Shown here: positions 49,597 through 57,798 of the stretch, in pieces
Layout: the number at the start of each line of letters is the position of its first letter
Position numbering within the stretch: position 1 is the stretch's first letter
Notes under the pieces: generated by a model
Seen by the model: the letters and a program-made list of their open reading frames with translations, nothing else
What the model was told of the DNA's origin: nothing
Database searches by the model: none
NCBI GenBank assembly: GCA_041742135.1
Contig: JBGSJG010000004.1
Span: forward strand, 111,975-169,772
Direction: 5' to 3'
DNA from: Patescibacteria group bacterium
GTDB taxonomy: Bacteria > Patescibacteriota > Microgenomatia > UBA8517
DNA length: 57,798 bases
Position numbers and translations under genes: made by a program

Positions 49597-52500
49597 TTAT
49601 ATTCTTTTCATCGGCAGTAAAAGCCAACGCTGCCCGTCCCAATATTCTAGGCTTGTGGTTTCGATGTTGAAGCCAATTACGCCGAGCTTTGGTTTTTTGG
49701 GTCTGCCCGCTGTGTTCCAAGAAGGAATCGTTTGGCGAGTCACAGTCGACAATGCGTTGTAGCTTGGAGTTAAGGACTTAACAATTTGTGGATTTCTATA
49801 AAAAATCACTTTTTTAGTAGGAATCAGTGGCACAGGCAGTACAGGAAGCGCTATCGCTTCTGACGGTGAGGCTGACTTACTTGAACTTGGTGAAGCTGAT
49901 TCGCTTGTGGTTACAGGCGAAGGCGACGCGCTGGCCGTTGGGCTTGGGCTTGCGGACGGAGAAACTGATGGTGATTCACTGCCTGCAGAAGGTGATGCAG
50001 ACGGCGAAACCGAGCCTGATGGGCTTATCGACGCCGACGGGGAGAGCGATGGTGAGCCGGACGCACTTTCGCTTGCCGATGGACTAAGCGATAGGCTTGG
50101 GCTAACGGACTGCGATTCCGACGCACTTGGTGATTGGCTCGCTGATGGGCTAGTGGAAGCCGACGGAGAAACTGATTCGCTGACACTGGCCGTTGGGCTA
50201 ACGGATGCAGAAGGGGACACTGATGCAGAAGGTGAAATCGACAACGATCCTGAAGCACTGGGCGAAATACTGGCAGAGATCGAGGCGCTTGCGCTAGTGC
50301 TTGCCGATGGCGAGATTGATAAAGATGGTGATAGGGACTGACTTTCGCTTGCAGAAGGGCTGATCGACGCGCTAGTGGAAGCACTCGCGCTAACTGATGC
50401 TGACGGCGAAATTGACACACTAGTGGACGAAGACGGACTTGTAGAAGCTGATGGAGATAGTGAGGCAGATATAGACGCGGAAGCCGAAGTGCTTGAGGAT
50501 GGTGAGATTGATGCAGAGATACTGCTAGATGGACTTCTTGAGGCAGATGGTGATACTGATTGACTCCCGGATGCCGAAGGTGAGACTGATGAGCTTGGTG
50601 AGACGGACGCGCTGGTGCTGGCACTTGGGCTTATGGATGAAGATGGAGAAACTGATGCAGAAGTTGATGTGGATGGTGAGACCGATAGTGAAACACTGGC
50701 TGATGGACTAGTTGATGCTGATGGACTTAAGGATGCAGATGTTGATGCCGATGGTGATACTGATGCACTGGTGCTTGCGGATGGGCTTATGGAAGCAGAC
50801 GCACTCGAAGAGGGCGATGCAGAGGCGCTTGGCGAAACTGATGCTGATACGGAAGAAGAGGGACTTGTGCTACTAGACGGCGAGATTGAGGCAGAGGTAG
50901 ATGCGCTAGGACTAATAGATGTTGAGACAGATGCTGATGGACTTATAGACGCACTGACCGAAGCAGAGGGACTAGTGCTCGCGCTTGGCGAGACAGAAGC
51001 GGAGATGCTTGTGGATGGGCTAGTACTTGCGGATGGTGACACAGATGCACTGGTTGACGAAGACGGAGACACGGATGCTGATATTGACGCAGATGGTGAT
51101 AGTGAAGCGGACACCGATGATGACGGGCTAATTGACGCACTTGGGCTTATTGACGCAGATATGCTGGCACTTGGAGAAATCGAGGCGGAGACGGATGAAC
51201 TTGGCGATACAGAGGCCGAAATCGAAGAAGATGGCGAAATAGAAGCTGATGGTGAAATTGAGGCAGAGGTGCTCGCGCTCGGACTGACGGATGCAGAAGG
51301 GGAAACAGATGTTGATACAGAAGAGGAGGGGGAAATTGACGCAGACAAAGATGCTGACGGAGAAATAGATGCAGACAGGGATGCTGAGGGAGACGTGCTG
51401 GCGCTTGGTGATACTGATGCACTGGTGCTCGAAGAAGGACTGACGCTACTAGACGGCGAGATTGAGGCAGAGGTAGATGCGCTAGGACTAATAGAAGCTG
51501 AGGCAGAAGCAGACGGACTTACGGATGCGCTTGTACTTGTGGACGGGCTGATACTTGCGGATGGTGAAATGCTCGCACTAGAAGATGTACTTGGTGAGAC
51601 CGAGGCGCTTGGGCTTATAGATGCTGAAATAGAAGCACTAGGCGAAACAGATGCTGATATTGACGCAGACGGTGAAATAGAAGCAGATGTTGATGCACTG
51701 GGTGATGTACTTGCGCTTGGTGAAACAGATGCACTGATACTCGAAGAAGGACTTGTAGATGATGATGGGCTAATTGACGCGCTTGCCGAAGCAGATGGAG
51801 ATCTGGAAGAAGAAGGTGAAATGGACGCGGAAACGGAGGAAGAAGGGCTGACACTTGCAGACGGAGATATGGAAGCTGAAGTAGATGCACTTGGAGAGAT
51901 TGACGCACTTGGACTTATCGATGCAGAGATACTGGAACTTGGAGAAACCGATGCGGAGACGGATGAACTTGGCGAGATAGAAGCCGAAATAGAAGAAGAC
52001 GGTGAAATAGAAGCTGAAGGGCTAATGGAAGCCGATATCGACGAGCTGGGTGATATCGATGAGCTGGGTGAAACAGATGCGCTAATGGACGAAGAGGGTG
52101 ATACCGATGCTGATACAGACGCAGACGGAGAAACTGACGCACTAATACTAGAAGATGGACTTGTACTCGCAGACGGCGAGATTGAAGCTGATGTTGACGG
52201 TGACGGCGATACTGAGGACGAAGGTGAAATGGACGCAGACACCGACGAGCTAGGTGAGGTACTGGCAGATGGTGAGATAGAAGCCGATATTGATGAACTT
52301 GGTGATATAGATGCACTGACAGACGATGATGGAGACACAGAGGCCGAGGTGCTTGCGCTCGGCGACACCGAGGAGCTGGGCGAAATGGATGCAGAGATAC
52401 TGGAACTTGGAGAAACAGACGCGCTTGGACTAATGGAGGCTGACACAGATGAAGAAGGCGAAACAGAGGCCGACATTGAAGAGCTTGGTGAAATTGAGGC

Positions 52501-55500
52501 GGATGCAGAAGATGACGGTGAAACAGATGCCGATGGGCTTATGGAAGCCGATATTGACGAGCTAGGGCTTATTGACGCAGACGGACTTATGGATGCAGAG
52601 CTAGACGAGGATGGGGAAATTGACGCAGACGGACTGATGGAAGCCGAGATCGAGGCTGAAGGTGAAGTGGAGGCTGATGGTGATATGGATGTGGACACGG
52701 ATGATGAAGGCGAAGTGCTGGCAGATGGAGAAGTAGATGCACTGATACTGGAAGAAGGACTGATGCTGGCAGAAGGCGAGATGGATGCACTTACTGATGC
52801 AGACGGTGATACAGATGCTGATAGCGAGCTTGACGGGCTAATGGAAGCCGAAACTGAGGAGCTCGGTGAAATGCTTGATGAGGGCGACACCGACGCGCTG
52901 ATTGATGAGGAAGGAGAAATCGAAGCGGATATAGAACTGGACGGACTCACAGATGCGGATACAGATGCAGATGGACTAACAGAGGCCGATGGAGATATGG
53001 ATGCTGACACAGAACTAGACGGTGAAGTGCTTGCACTTGGGGACACGGATGCTGAATGCGACGCAGAAGGAGAAATGGATGCGGATATAGATGAAGATGG
53101 ACTTATTGACGCAGATATTGACGACGATGGGCTGATAGATGCACTAGGTGATATTGACGCAGACACCGACGAGCTGGGAGAAACCGATGCCGATGGACTA
53201 GTAGATGCGGAAGCGGATGAACTCGGTGAAATACTGGCAGATGGAGAAACTGACGCACTGGCTGATGCACTGGGTGAAATCGAGGCAGATGGTGAGATCG
53301 AAGCCGATATTGATGAACTTGGGGAGACAGATGCACTTACAGACGACGATGGGGACACGGATGCCGACGCAGAAGCTGAAGGACTGATACTAGAAGAGGG
53401 TGAAATTGAAGCGGAGATGCTTGCGCTAGGCGAGACAGACGCGCTCGGGCTTATGGATGCCGATATTGATGAGCTGGGCGACACGGAAGATGAAGGCGAG
53501 ATTGACGCAGACAATGACGAGCTGGGTGAAGTACTGGCGGAGGGTGAGACCGAGGCTGAAATACTTGCTGAAGGGCTGATGCTGGCTGACGGCGAGACCG
53601 ACGCACTAATTGATGAGGAAGGAGAAATGGATGCGGATATAGAACTGGACGGACTTATAGAGGCGGATAAAGATGACGATGGGCTGATAGATGCGCTGGG
53701 TGAAATTGATGCGGATACAGAGCTGGATGGTGAAGTACTGGCGCTTGGGGATACCGAAGCTGAATGTGAAGCAGAAGGTGACACTGATGCGGATACAGAT
53801 GAAGATGGGCTTATTGATGCAGATATTGACGACGATGGGCTAGTGGATGCACTGGGCGAGATTGATGCAGATACGGAAGCTGATGGGGATACTGATGAAG
53901 ATGGCGACACCGAGGCAGAAGCGCTAGCAGAAGGGCTGGTTGACGCAGACGGACTAATAGAAGCTGAGATCGAGGCTGAAGGTGAAGTAGATGCTGATGG
54001 AGAAACAGATGCAGAAACTGACGAAGACGGTGACGTACTGGCGGATGGTGACACAGATGCCGATATTGATGAACTTGGGGAGACAGATGCGCTAACTGAT
54101 GCACTTGGAGACACAGAAGCAGAAATACTCGCACTTGGCGAGATTGAGGAGGAGGGTGAAATTGATGCTGAAACTGACGAACTCGGAGAAACCGATGCTG
54201 ATGGGCTTATAGAAGATGAAATACTGGAACTTGGTGACGTGGATGCACTAGGAGATATAGAGGCAGAAATTGATGAAGATGGTGACGTACTGGCAGAAGG
54301 CGATATTGATGAAGAAGCACTCGCTGAAGGGCTGATACTGGAGGATGGTGATACAGATGCGCTATTGGACGCAGAAGGTGAAACAGAGGCTGATATTGAA
54401 GAGCTTGGTGAAATTGATGCCGATATTGACGAGCTAGGGCTTATTGAGGATGACGGTGACACAGATGCAGACACAGATGATGATGGTGATGTACTAGAAC
54501 TTGGCGAGACTGAGGCTGATATTGAGGAGGACGGTGAAATTGAGGCCGACGGGCTAATAGATGCAGATGCTGAAGAGCTAGGTGAAATGCTGGCTGAAGG
54601 GCTTATTGATGCACTGATGGATGCGGAAGGAGAAACGGAAGCCGACGCTGATGCCGACGGAGATATGGATGCTGAAACACTGGCCGAAGGTGATATGGAT
54701 GCAGACGGGCTGACAGAGGCTGACACTGATGTGCTTGGGCTTATGGAAGCACTCGGACTAATGGATGCTGATGCCGAGGCTGAAGGTGAAACAGAGGCTG
54801 ATGGACTTATCGAAGCGCTCGGACTGATTGACGCCGATATTGATGAACTAGGTGAAACAGATGAACTTGGAGATACAGATGCAGAGACAGATGAAGAAGG
54901 CGAGATACTAGCGCTTGGACTTATGGATGCAGAGCTAGAGGCTGATGGTGATACTGACGCCGACGGGCTAATGGAAGCCGAAACTGAGGAGCTCGGTGAA
55001 ATGCTTGATGAGGGCGACACCGAAGCGCTGATTGACGCAGAAGGACTGATGCTGGAAGAAGGCGACACTGAAGCGGAAGTACTTGCACTCGGTGAAATTG
55101 ACGAGCTTGGTGAAACCGATGCTGAGATACTCGACGAAGGACTTACTGATGCAGACGGCGAAATTGATGCAGACACGGACGCAGACGGAGAAACGGAAGC
55201 TGATGGTGAAATTGATGCAGAAACCGACGAACTTGGCGAAATACTGGCTGATGGTGATACGGATGCTGAGATGGATGCGGACGGACTAAGTGAGGCGGAC
55301 GGTGATACACTGGCGCTTACAGAAGCAGATGGTGAAATTGAAGCACTTGGTGAAATAGAAGCGCTAACTGATGTTGACGGACTGACCGAAGCTGATGGAG
55401 AAATTGATGCACTGACAGAGGCCGAAGGACTGACAGAAGGGCTTCCTGCCGGAGCGGCTTTGACAATAAAAGAAAGCATGCCTCCTTTTTCGAAAGTTGT

Positions 55501-56334
55501 GTTGTTATAAACATCTGATATGGTTACAGATGTCGATGTAGATGAGGCTCTGGACATCACAAACATCGCTGATCCGCCGGAAAGCCCGTCATCATAGACT
55601 TCAGTCCAGCCGGAATCATATGTGGGATTAGCCGGGGCATCATATGCGGCGTATGGCACAGCCGAGAGGGTAATATCATCTGCTGTGGGGGTTGCAGCTA
55701 GTGTCTGGGATTGCCCCCCGTCACCAATATCTGTCGAGTCGGTTGTTGCAAAACCAGCTATGGGAGTAGTTGTGTCGTAGCCAGTGAAAGCAACTACATA
55801 GACAACCCAATTAAACATCGCCCCCATTGCGGGAGCTACAGTTATTGCCATTGATGAAGGAGAGCCGCCCACCTCAGCAGTAAAAACATTTCCTCGTACG
55901 GCCCACGATGATTCTTCTCTTGCCTGGCCCTCGAACGTATAGCTTAGCCCACCCCCTGAAATAGAGGGCTGCCCAAGGTCGCCTAAAGTCATCCACATGT
56001 TGGTCACAAAAACCACCAAGAGTGAGTTGGCAGGAGGAGTGAAAGAACCTGTTGAATAGTCTCCTGTTCCGTAACTAGAAGCAGAAACCCAAGAACCTAT
56101 ATCTGTACGGTCTAGGCCTGCCGCTGGTGACGGAGAGACGGATGAGCTGGGGGAGACCGATGCCGAAGCTGAAGCCGAAGGGCTTATCGACGCCGACAAC
56201 GATGCAGACGGAGAGATGGATGCACTTTCTGAAGCAGATGGTGAAACTGAAGCGGAATCAGAAGAACCACCACCAGAAAGCGCTATGTCAAACGCATTAG
56301 CGCCGTTATCGCGAAGTGTTATGTCAAATGCCAT
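49597..56334 (-). CDS. Giant (2,245 aa) serine-rich repeat surface/fibre-like protein
   Basis: Uninterrupted ORF. It has a ~230-aa unique domain, ~1,860 aa of SAS[VI]-SPS[AS]S[VIT]-SPS[AS]S[VIT] units, and an 86-aa unique C-terminus. Flanking genes are on the same strand. Confidence 0.8.
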   Translation of the reverse strand: MAFDITLRDNGANAFDIALSGGGSSDSASVSPSASESASISPSASLSASISPSASASASVSPSSSVSPSPAAGLDRTDIGSWVSASSYGTGDYSTGSFTPPANSLLVVFVTNMWMTLGDLGQPSISGGGLSYTFEGQAREESSWAVRGNVFTAEVGGSPSSMAITVAPAMGAMFNWVVYVVAFTGYDTTTPIAGFATTDSTDIGDGGQSQTLAATPTADDITLSAVPYAAYDAPANPTYDSGWTEVYDDGLSGGSAMFVMSRASSTSTSVTISDVYNNTTFEKGGMLSFIVKAAPAGSPSVSPSASVSASISPSASVSPSTSVSASISPSASISPSASVSASVSPSASLSPSASISASVSPSASISPSSSVSASISPSASVSPSASVSASISPSASVSPSSSISASVSPSSSISPSASTSASVSPSSSISPSASISASVSPSSSISPSSSVSASISPSASVSPSASSSASISPSASISPSSSVSASVSPSSSVSPSSSISASISPSASISPSASVSPSASASASISPSASISPSTSVSASVSPSASISPSASVSASISPSASASASVSPSASISASISPSASISPSSSASASISPSASISPSSSISASVSPSSSTSPSSSVSASVSPSSSISPSSSISASISPSSSISASVSPSASNSASVSPSSSISPSASASSSISPSASTSPSSSISASISPSASTSPSSSISSSISPSASVSPSSSVSASISPSSSISPSASISASVSPSASVSASVSPSSSISASVSPSASTSPSSSVSASVSPSASTSPSASISASISPSASTSPSASASASVSPSSSVSPSASVSASISPSASTSPSSSISASISPSSSVSASVSPSASHSASVSPSASTSPSSSVSASISPSASISPSSSLSASISPSSSISASISPSSSISASVSPSASISPSASISASVSPSASTSPSSSLSASISPSSSVSPSSSISASISPSASVSPSASISASISPSSSISPSASASASVSPSSSVSASVSPSSSISASISPSASISPSASASASVSPSASISPSSSASASTSPSASVSPSSSVSASISPSASISPSSSISASISPSSSISASISPSASHSASVSPSASTSPSSSVSASISPSASVSPSASVSASVSPSSSISASISPSSSISASVSPSSSISPSSSVSASISPSSSLSASVSPSASVSASISPSASISPSSSISASTSPSASTSPSSSVSTSISPSASTSPSASISASISPSASISPSSSSSASISPSASISPSSSISASISPSASVSPSSSASASISPSSSMSASVSPSSSVSASISPSASVSPSSSISASISPSSSVSPSASTSASVSPSSSVSASISPSSSISASISPSASTSPSSSVSASISPSSSVSPSPSTSASISPSASTSPSSSISASVSPSASVSASVSPSSSISASVSPSSSISPSSSISASISPSASISPSSSISASISPSSSVSASVSPSSSISASISPSASISPSASTSASISPSASVSPSSSVSASISPSSSRSPSASASASISPSSSTSPSSSISASVSPSASTSPSASTSASISPSASISASVSPSASISASISPSASVSPSTSSSASISPSASISPSTSTSASVSPSASASASISPSASTSASISPSSSVSPSSSTSASVSPSASTSPSASLSASISPSASLSASISPSSSVSTSVSPSASVSPSASTSASISPSASISPSSSISASVSPSSSVSASISPSASISASISPSASISPSSSVSASLSPSASISASVSPSSSTSASVSPSASTSPSTSISASVSPSASTSPSASVSASISPSASVSTSISPSASTSASISPSSSTSPSSSVSASVSPSASASPSSSASASISPSASTSASVSPSASTSASLSPSASTSPSASVSLSVSPSTSTSASVSPSSSISPSASTSASVSPSSSVSPSASGSQSVSPSASRSPSSSISASISPSSSTSASASISASLSPSASTSPSSSTSVSISPSASVSASASTSASISPSASESQSLSPSLSISPSASTSASASISASISPSASGSLSISPSASVSPSASVSPTASVSESVSPSASTSPSASQSPSASESQSVSPSLSLSPSASESASGSPSLSPSASISPSGSVSPSASPSAGSESPSVSPSASPSPTASASPSPVTTSESASPSSSKSASPSEAIALPVLPVPLIPTKKVIFYRNPQIVKSLTPSYNALSTVTRQTIPSWNTAGRPKKPKLGVIGFNIETTSLEYWDGQRWLLLPMKRI
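49858..55443 (-). repeat. Coding tandem repeat, 48-nt (16-aa) period, ~5.6 kb
   Basis: The period is seen in the translation. Units are strongly diversified at synonymous sites, with all six Ser codons used. A short extra block lies at 56125-56259. Confidence 0.85.
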
Positions 56335-56408
56335 AATATTGTTTCATTGCACCGGAGCAATTTGCCTTATAATAATACAATTGTAGCAAGCAGTAGCACT
56401 AAAAGAAG

Positions 56409-57512
56409 CTAGGAGGCAGTACTGTTATCGCTTCTTCCTACGTGAGTTCCGTTTTCGTAAACCTCGCCATACATGTTAATTGTATTGTCATACCAAGTAA
56501 GCGTATATGCTCCACCAGAAGTTGTAGTTGCGTTTCCGACGAATTCACCAGTGTCAGCGCGGTGAATTCCAACAGTCAACCCCGCTCCGTCTGCATCGAC
56601 GTAGCCTGAAACTGTGCCAGCAATCGTATAGGTGTGAGAATGGTAAGTTATCCAAAGTCCCAAACCGTATTGTTTGCTTGTACCAACTATTCGCCACTGG
56701 CGTGAACCCTCGATGTCCATTCGAGAAGTATCGGTGTCATTGGGCCATCGCTTGAAAGCGAAGCGACAGACACCGTTGTTAATCCACGAACCGTTCTCAC
56801 CAACGCCGGTGTAGAGTGAAGAAAATAACGTTTCCCAGCCACCAGCAGGTGATTCCGAACCAAGTCGTTCAGTAGATAATACTCGCCCGTCAAGGGTCAC
56901 TCCAATCCCACGGCAATAAATAATCGGAACAACTGACATCAGCCAATAATTGGTTTCCAATATTTTCGGGTCGACCGTCGCCGCTGCCTGAACAATCGTA
57001 CCAGTCGCACGATTATTGGCAAAAATCGGGAAATAAGTAGAACGAGCGTGAACCCCGTCGCCGCCACTTGCCTTGCTGCTGGTGTAATTCAAGAGCATCA
57101 TACACGACATGTTGCCAATATTATTATTTGAACCCGCATACCACTCCGCCGTAAAAGTGTTTTCACCCCGAGTGAGTGATAGGGCCGCTCCCCGATTACT
57201 ACCAGAATCAATACGGTGAACGATAGAAGTCATTCCTGCCGTCTGTCCGTCAGCGGTTGGTGTGTATCCAGTAGCGGTTTGACTACCAGCCTTATACGTT
57301 AAAGTAGTAGAAGTGCCAGTAGAATTAAAAGTTATCCAAATTCCCGACTGCACCATCGTCAGGGTTCCTGGCTCTTGCAAACTGCGAGTAACGCTGGCCA
57401 TTGATTTATCACCAGATGTCAAAACATTATCTGAATCTTCCCCAATGCCCATCATCAAACTATTCAATATAGTCGTACTGGAGGAATGGTCGTACTCATA
57501 GGTTACGGTCAA
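56409..57512 (-). CDS. Hypothetical beta-rich protein upstream of the giant gene
   Basis: 367-aa ORF rich in G/T/S/N with no motif I recognise. TTG start directly after the upstream TGA. Confidence 0.55.
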   Translation of the reverse strand: MTVTYEYDHSSSTTILNSLMMGIGEDSDNVLTSGDKSMASVTRSLQEPGTLTMVQSGIWITFNSTGTSTTLTYKAGSQTATGYTPTADGQTAGMTSIVHRIDSGSNRGAALSLTRGENTFTAEWYAGSNNNIGNMSCMMLLNYTSSKASGGDGVHARSTYFPIFANNRATGTIVQAAATVDPKILETNYWLMSVVPIIYCRGIGVTLDGRVLSTERLGSESPAGGWETLFSSLYTGVGENGSWINNGVCRFAFKRWPNDTDTSRMDIEGSRQWRIVGTSKQYGLGLWITYHSHTYTIAGTVSGYVDADGAGLTVGIHRADTGEFVGNATTTSGGAYTLTWYDNTINMYGEVYENGTHVGRSDNSTAS

Positions 57513-57798
57513 TCAGCCGCCCAGAAACCCAATCATCGTTGTACCGGTCGTGACGGCATTTAATGATTTAGCGGCTGTGAAAGTCTCCGCCGTAATATCC
57601 CACATCACCCGAAAACCAGCATTGGAATCTTGGGTATTATCAATCGTGTTATAGGCATAAGTACTTCCCGCCGAATCAAGTTTCAGGGTCAAAGTTCCGT
57701 CGGTGGTAGAGTTAGGCATTGTACTTCCCCATAATTCGAGAAACGCCTGCCGAATTGTAACGGAAGCCTCGGGCAAAAATGGAGTTGTGGCGTGAGTC
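57513..57798 (-). CDS. Hypothetical protein, C-terminal part (the frame stays open to the right edge)
   Basis: No in-frame stop between 57776 and the window end, so the true start is probably outside the window. Confidence 0.45.
   Translation of the reverse strand, partial: THATTPFLPEASVTIRQAFLELWGSTMPNSTTDGTLTLKLDSAGSTYAYNTIDNTQDSNAGFRVMWDITAETFTAAKSLNAVTTGTTMIGFLGG

Noticed and set aside
49858-55443. A regular 48-nt periodicity that could be mistaken for a CRISPR array or a satellite
   Set aside because: There is no alternation of constant repeats with unique spacers. The periodicity lies in-frame inside one long ORF, and the units differ mostly at synonymous positions.
50615-55510. 1,631-aa plus-strand ORF rich in D/E/G/L/A ([12 protein letters not shown]...) that looks like a Ca-binding repeat protein, plus the other plus- and minus-strand ORFs inside 49.8-55.5 kb
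   Set aside because: It is the antisense shadow of the SPSAS repeat. It is open only within the repeat tract, while the minus-strand ORF also continues through unique N- and C-terminal domains and matches the orientation and spacing of all neighbouring genes.
57507-57515. Possibility that TGA is read as a sense codon (code 25, as in some CPR lineages), which would fuse the 57513+ and 56409-57512 ORFs
   Set aside because: TGA terminates trxB exactly at its expected C-terminus, and other conserved genes show no internal TGA, so code 11 fits.

Overview
This 57.8-kb segment comes from a low-GC, small-genome bacterium. Several traits fit a Candidate Phyla Radiation/Patescibacteria (Microgenomates-like) lineage: divergent 16S primer sites, 16S and 23S about 12.4 kb apart, an intron in the 23S, a sortase/LPXTG pair, a type IV pilin and many orphan ORFs. 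The genetic code looks standard, because TGA ends trxB at its expected C-terminus. From left to right the window holds: (1) a murD-like ligase with a PP-loop partner gene, an M32 carboxypeptidase, a trxA / Met-rich ORF / trxB / DsbA redox cluster, a SpoU methyltransferase and an ATP-grasp protein. (2) tRNA-Lys and tRNA-Gln, the latter followed by a GIY-YIG insertion, then an SDR, an SPFH protein, a PQQ-type dehydrogenase, acs, tRNA-Glu and a divergent DedA/DUF368 pair. (3) An RRM protein and a 7-gene orphan operon. (4) An interrupted rrn locus, 16S ... tRNA-Ile ... tRNA-Ala-23S-5S, with about 12 kb of foreign-looking genes inserted between its parts. (5) rpsA, a pilin, radA, an LPXTG protein plus sortase, rho, a LysM-M23 peptidase and tatC-tatA-tatA. 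(6) A 2,245-aa serine-rich repeat giant protein with unknown partner genes. The strongest second-look items are four. First, a complete type III hammerhead ribozyme lies next to a ~600-nt densely structured non-coding region, inside a GC-rich ~3.1-kb island flanked by imperfect direct repeats. Second, the giant SPSAS-repeat protein has a C-terminal module that is duplicated as a separate 66-aa gene. Third, an ORF-less group I-like intron sits in the 23S. Fourth, three tRNA genes carry duplicated-end scars. All coordinates for RNA ends and alternative starts come from manual reading and are approximate.
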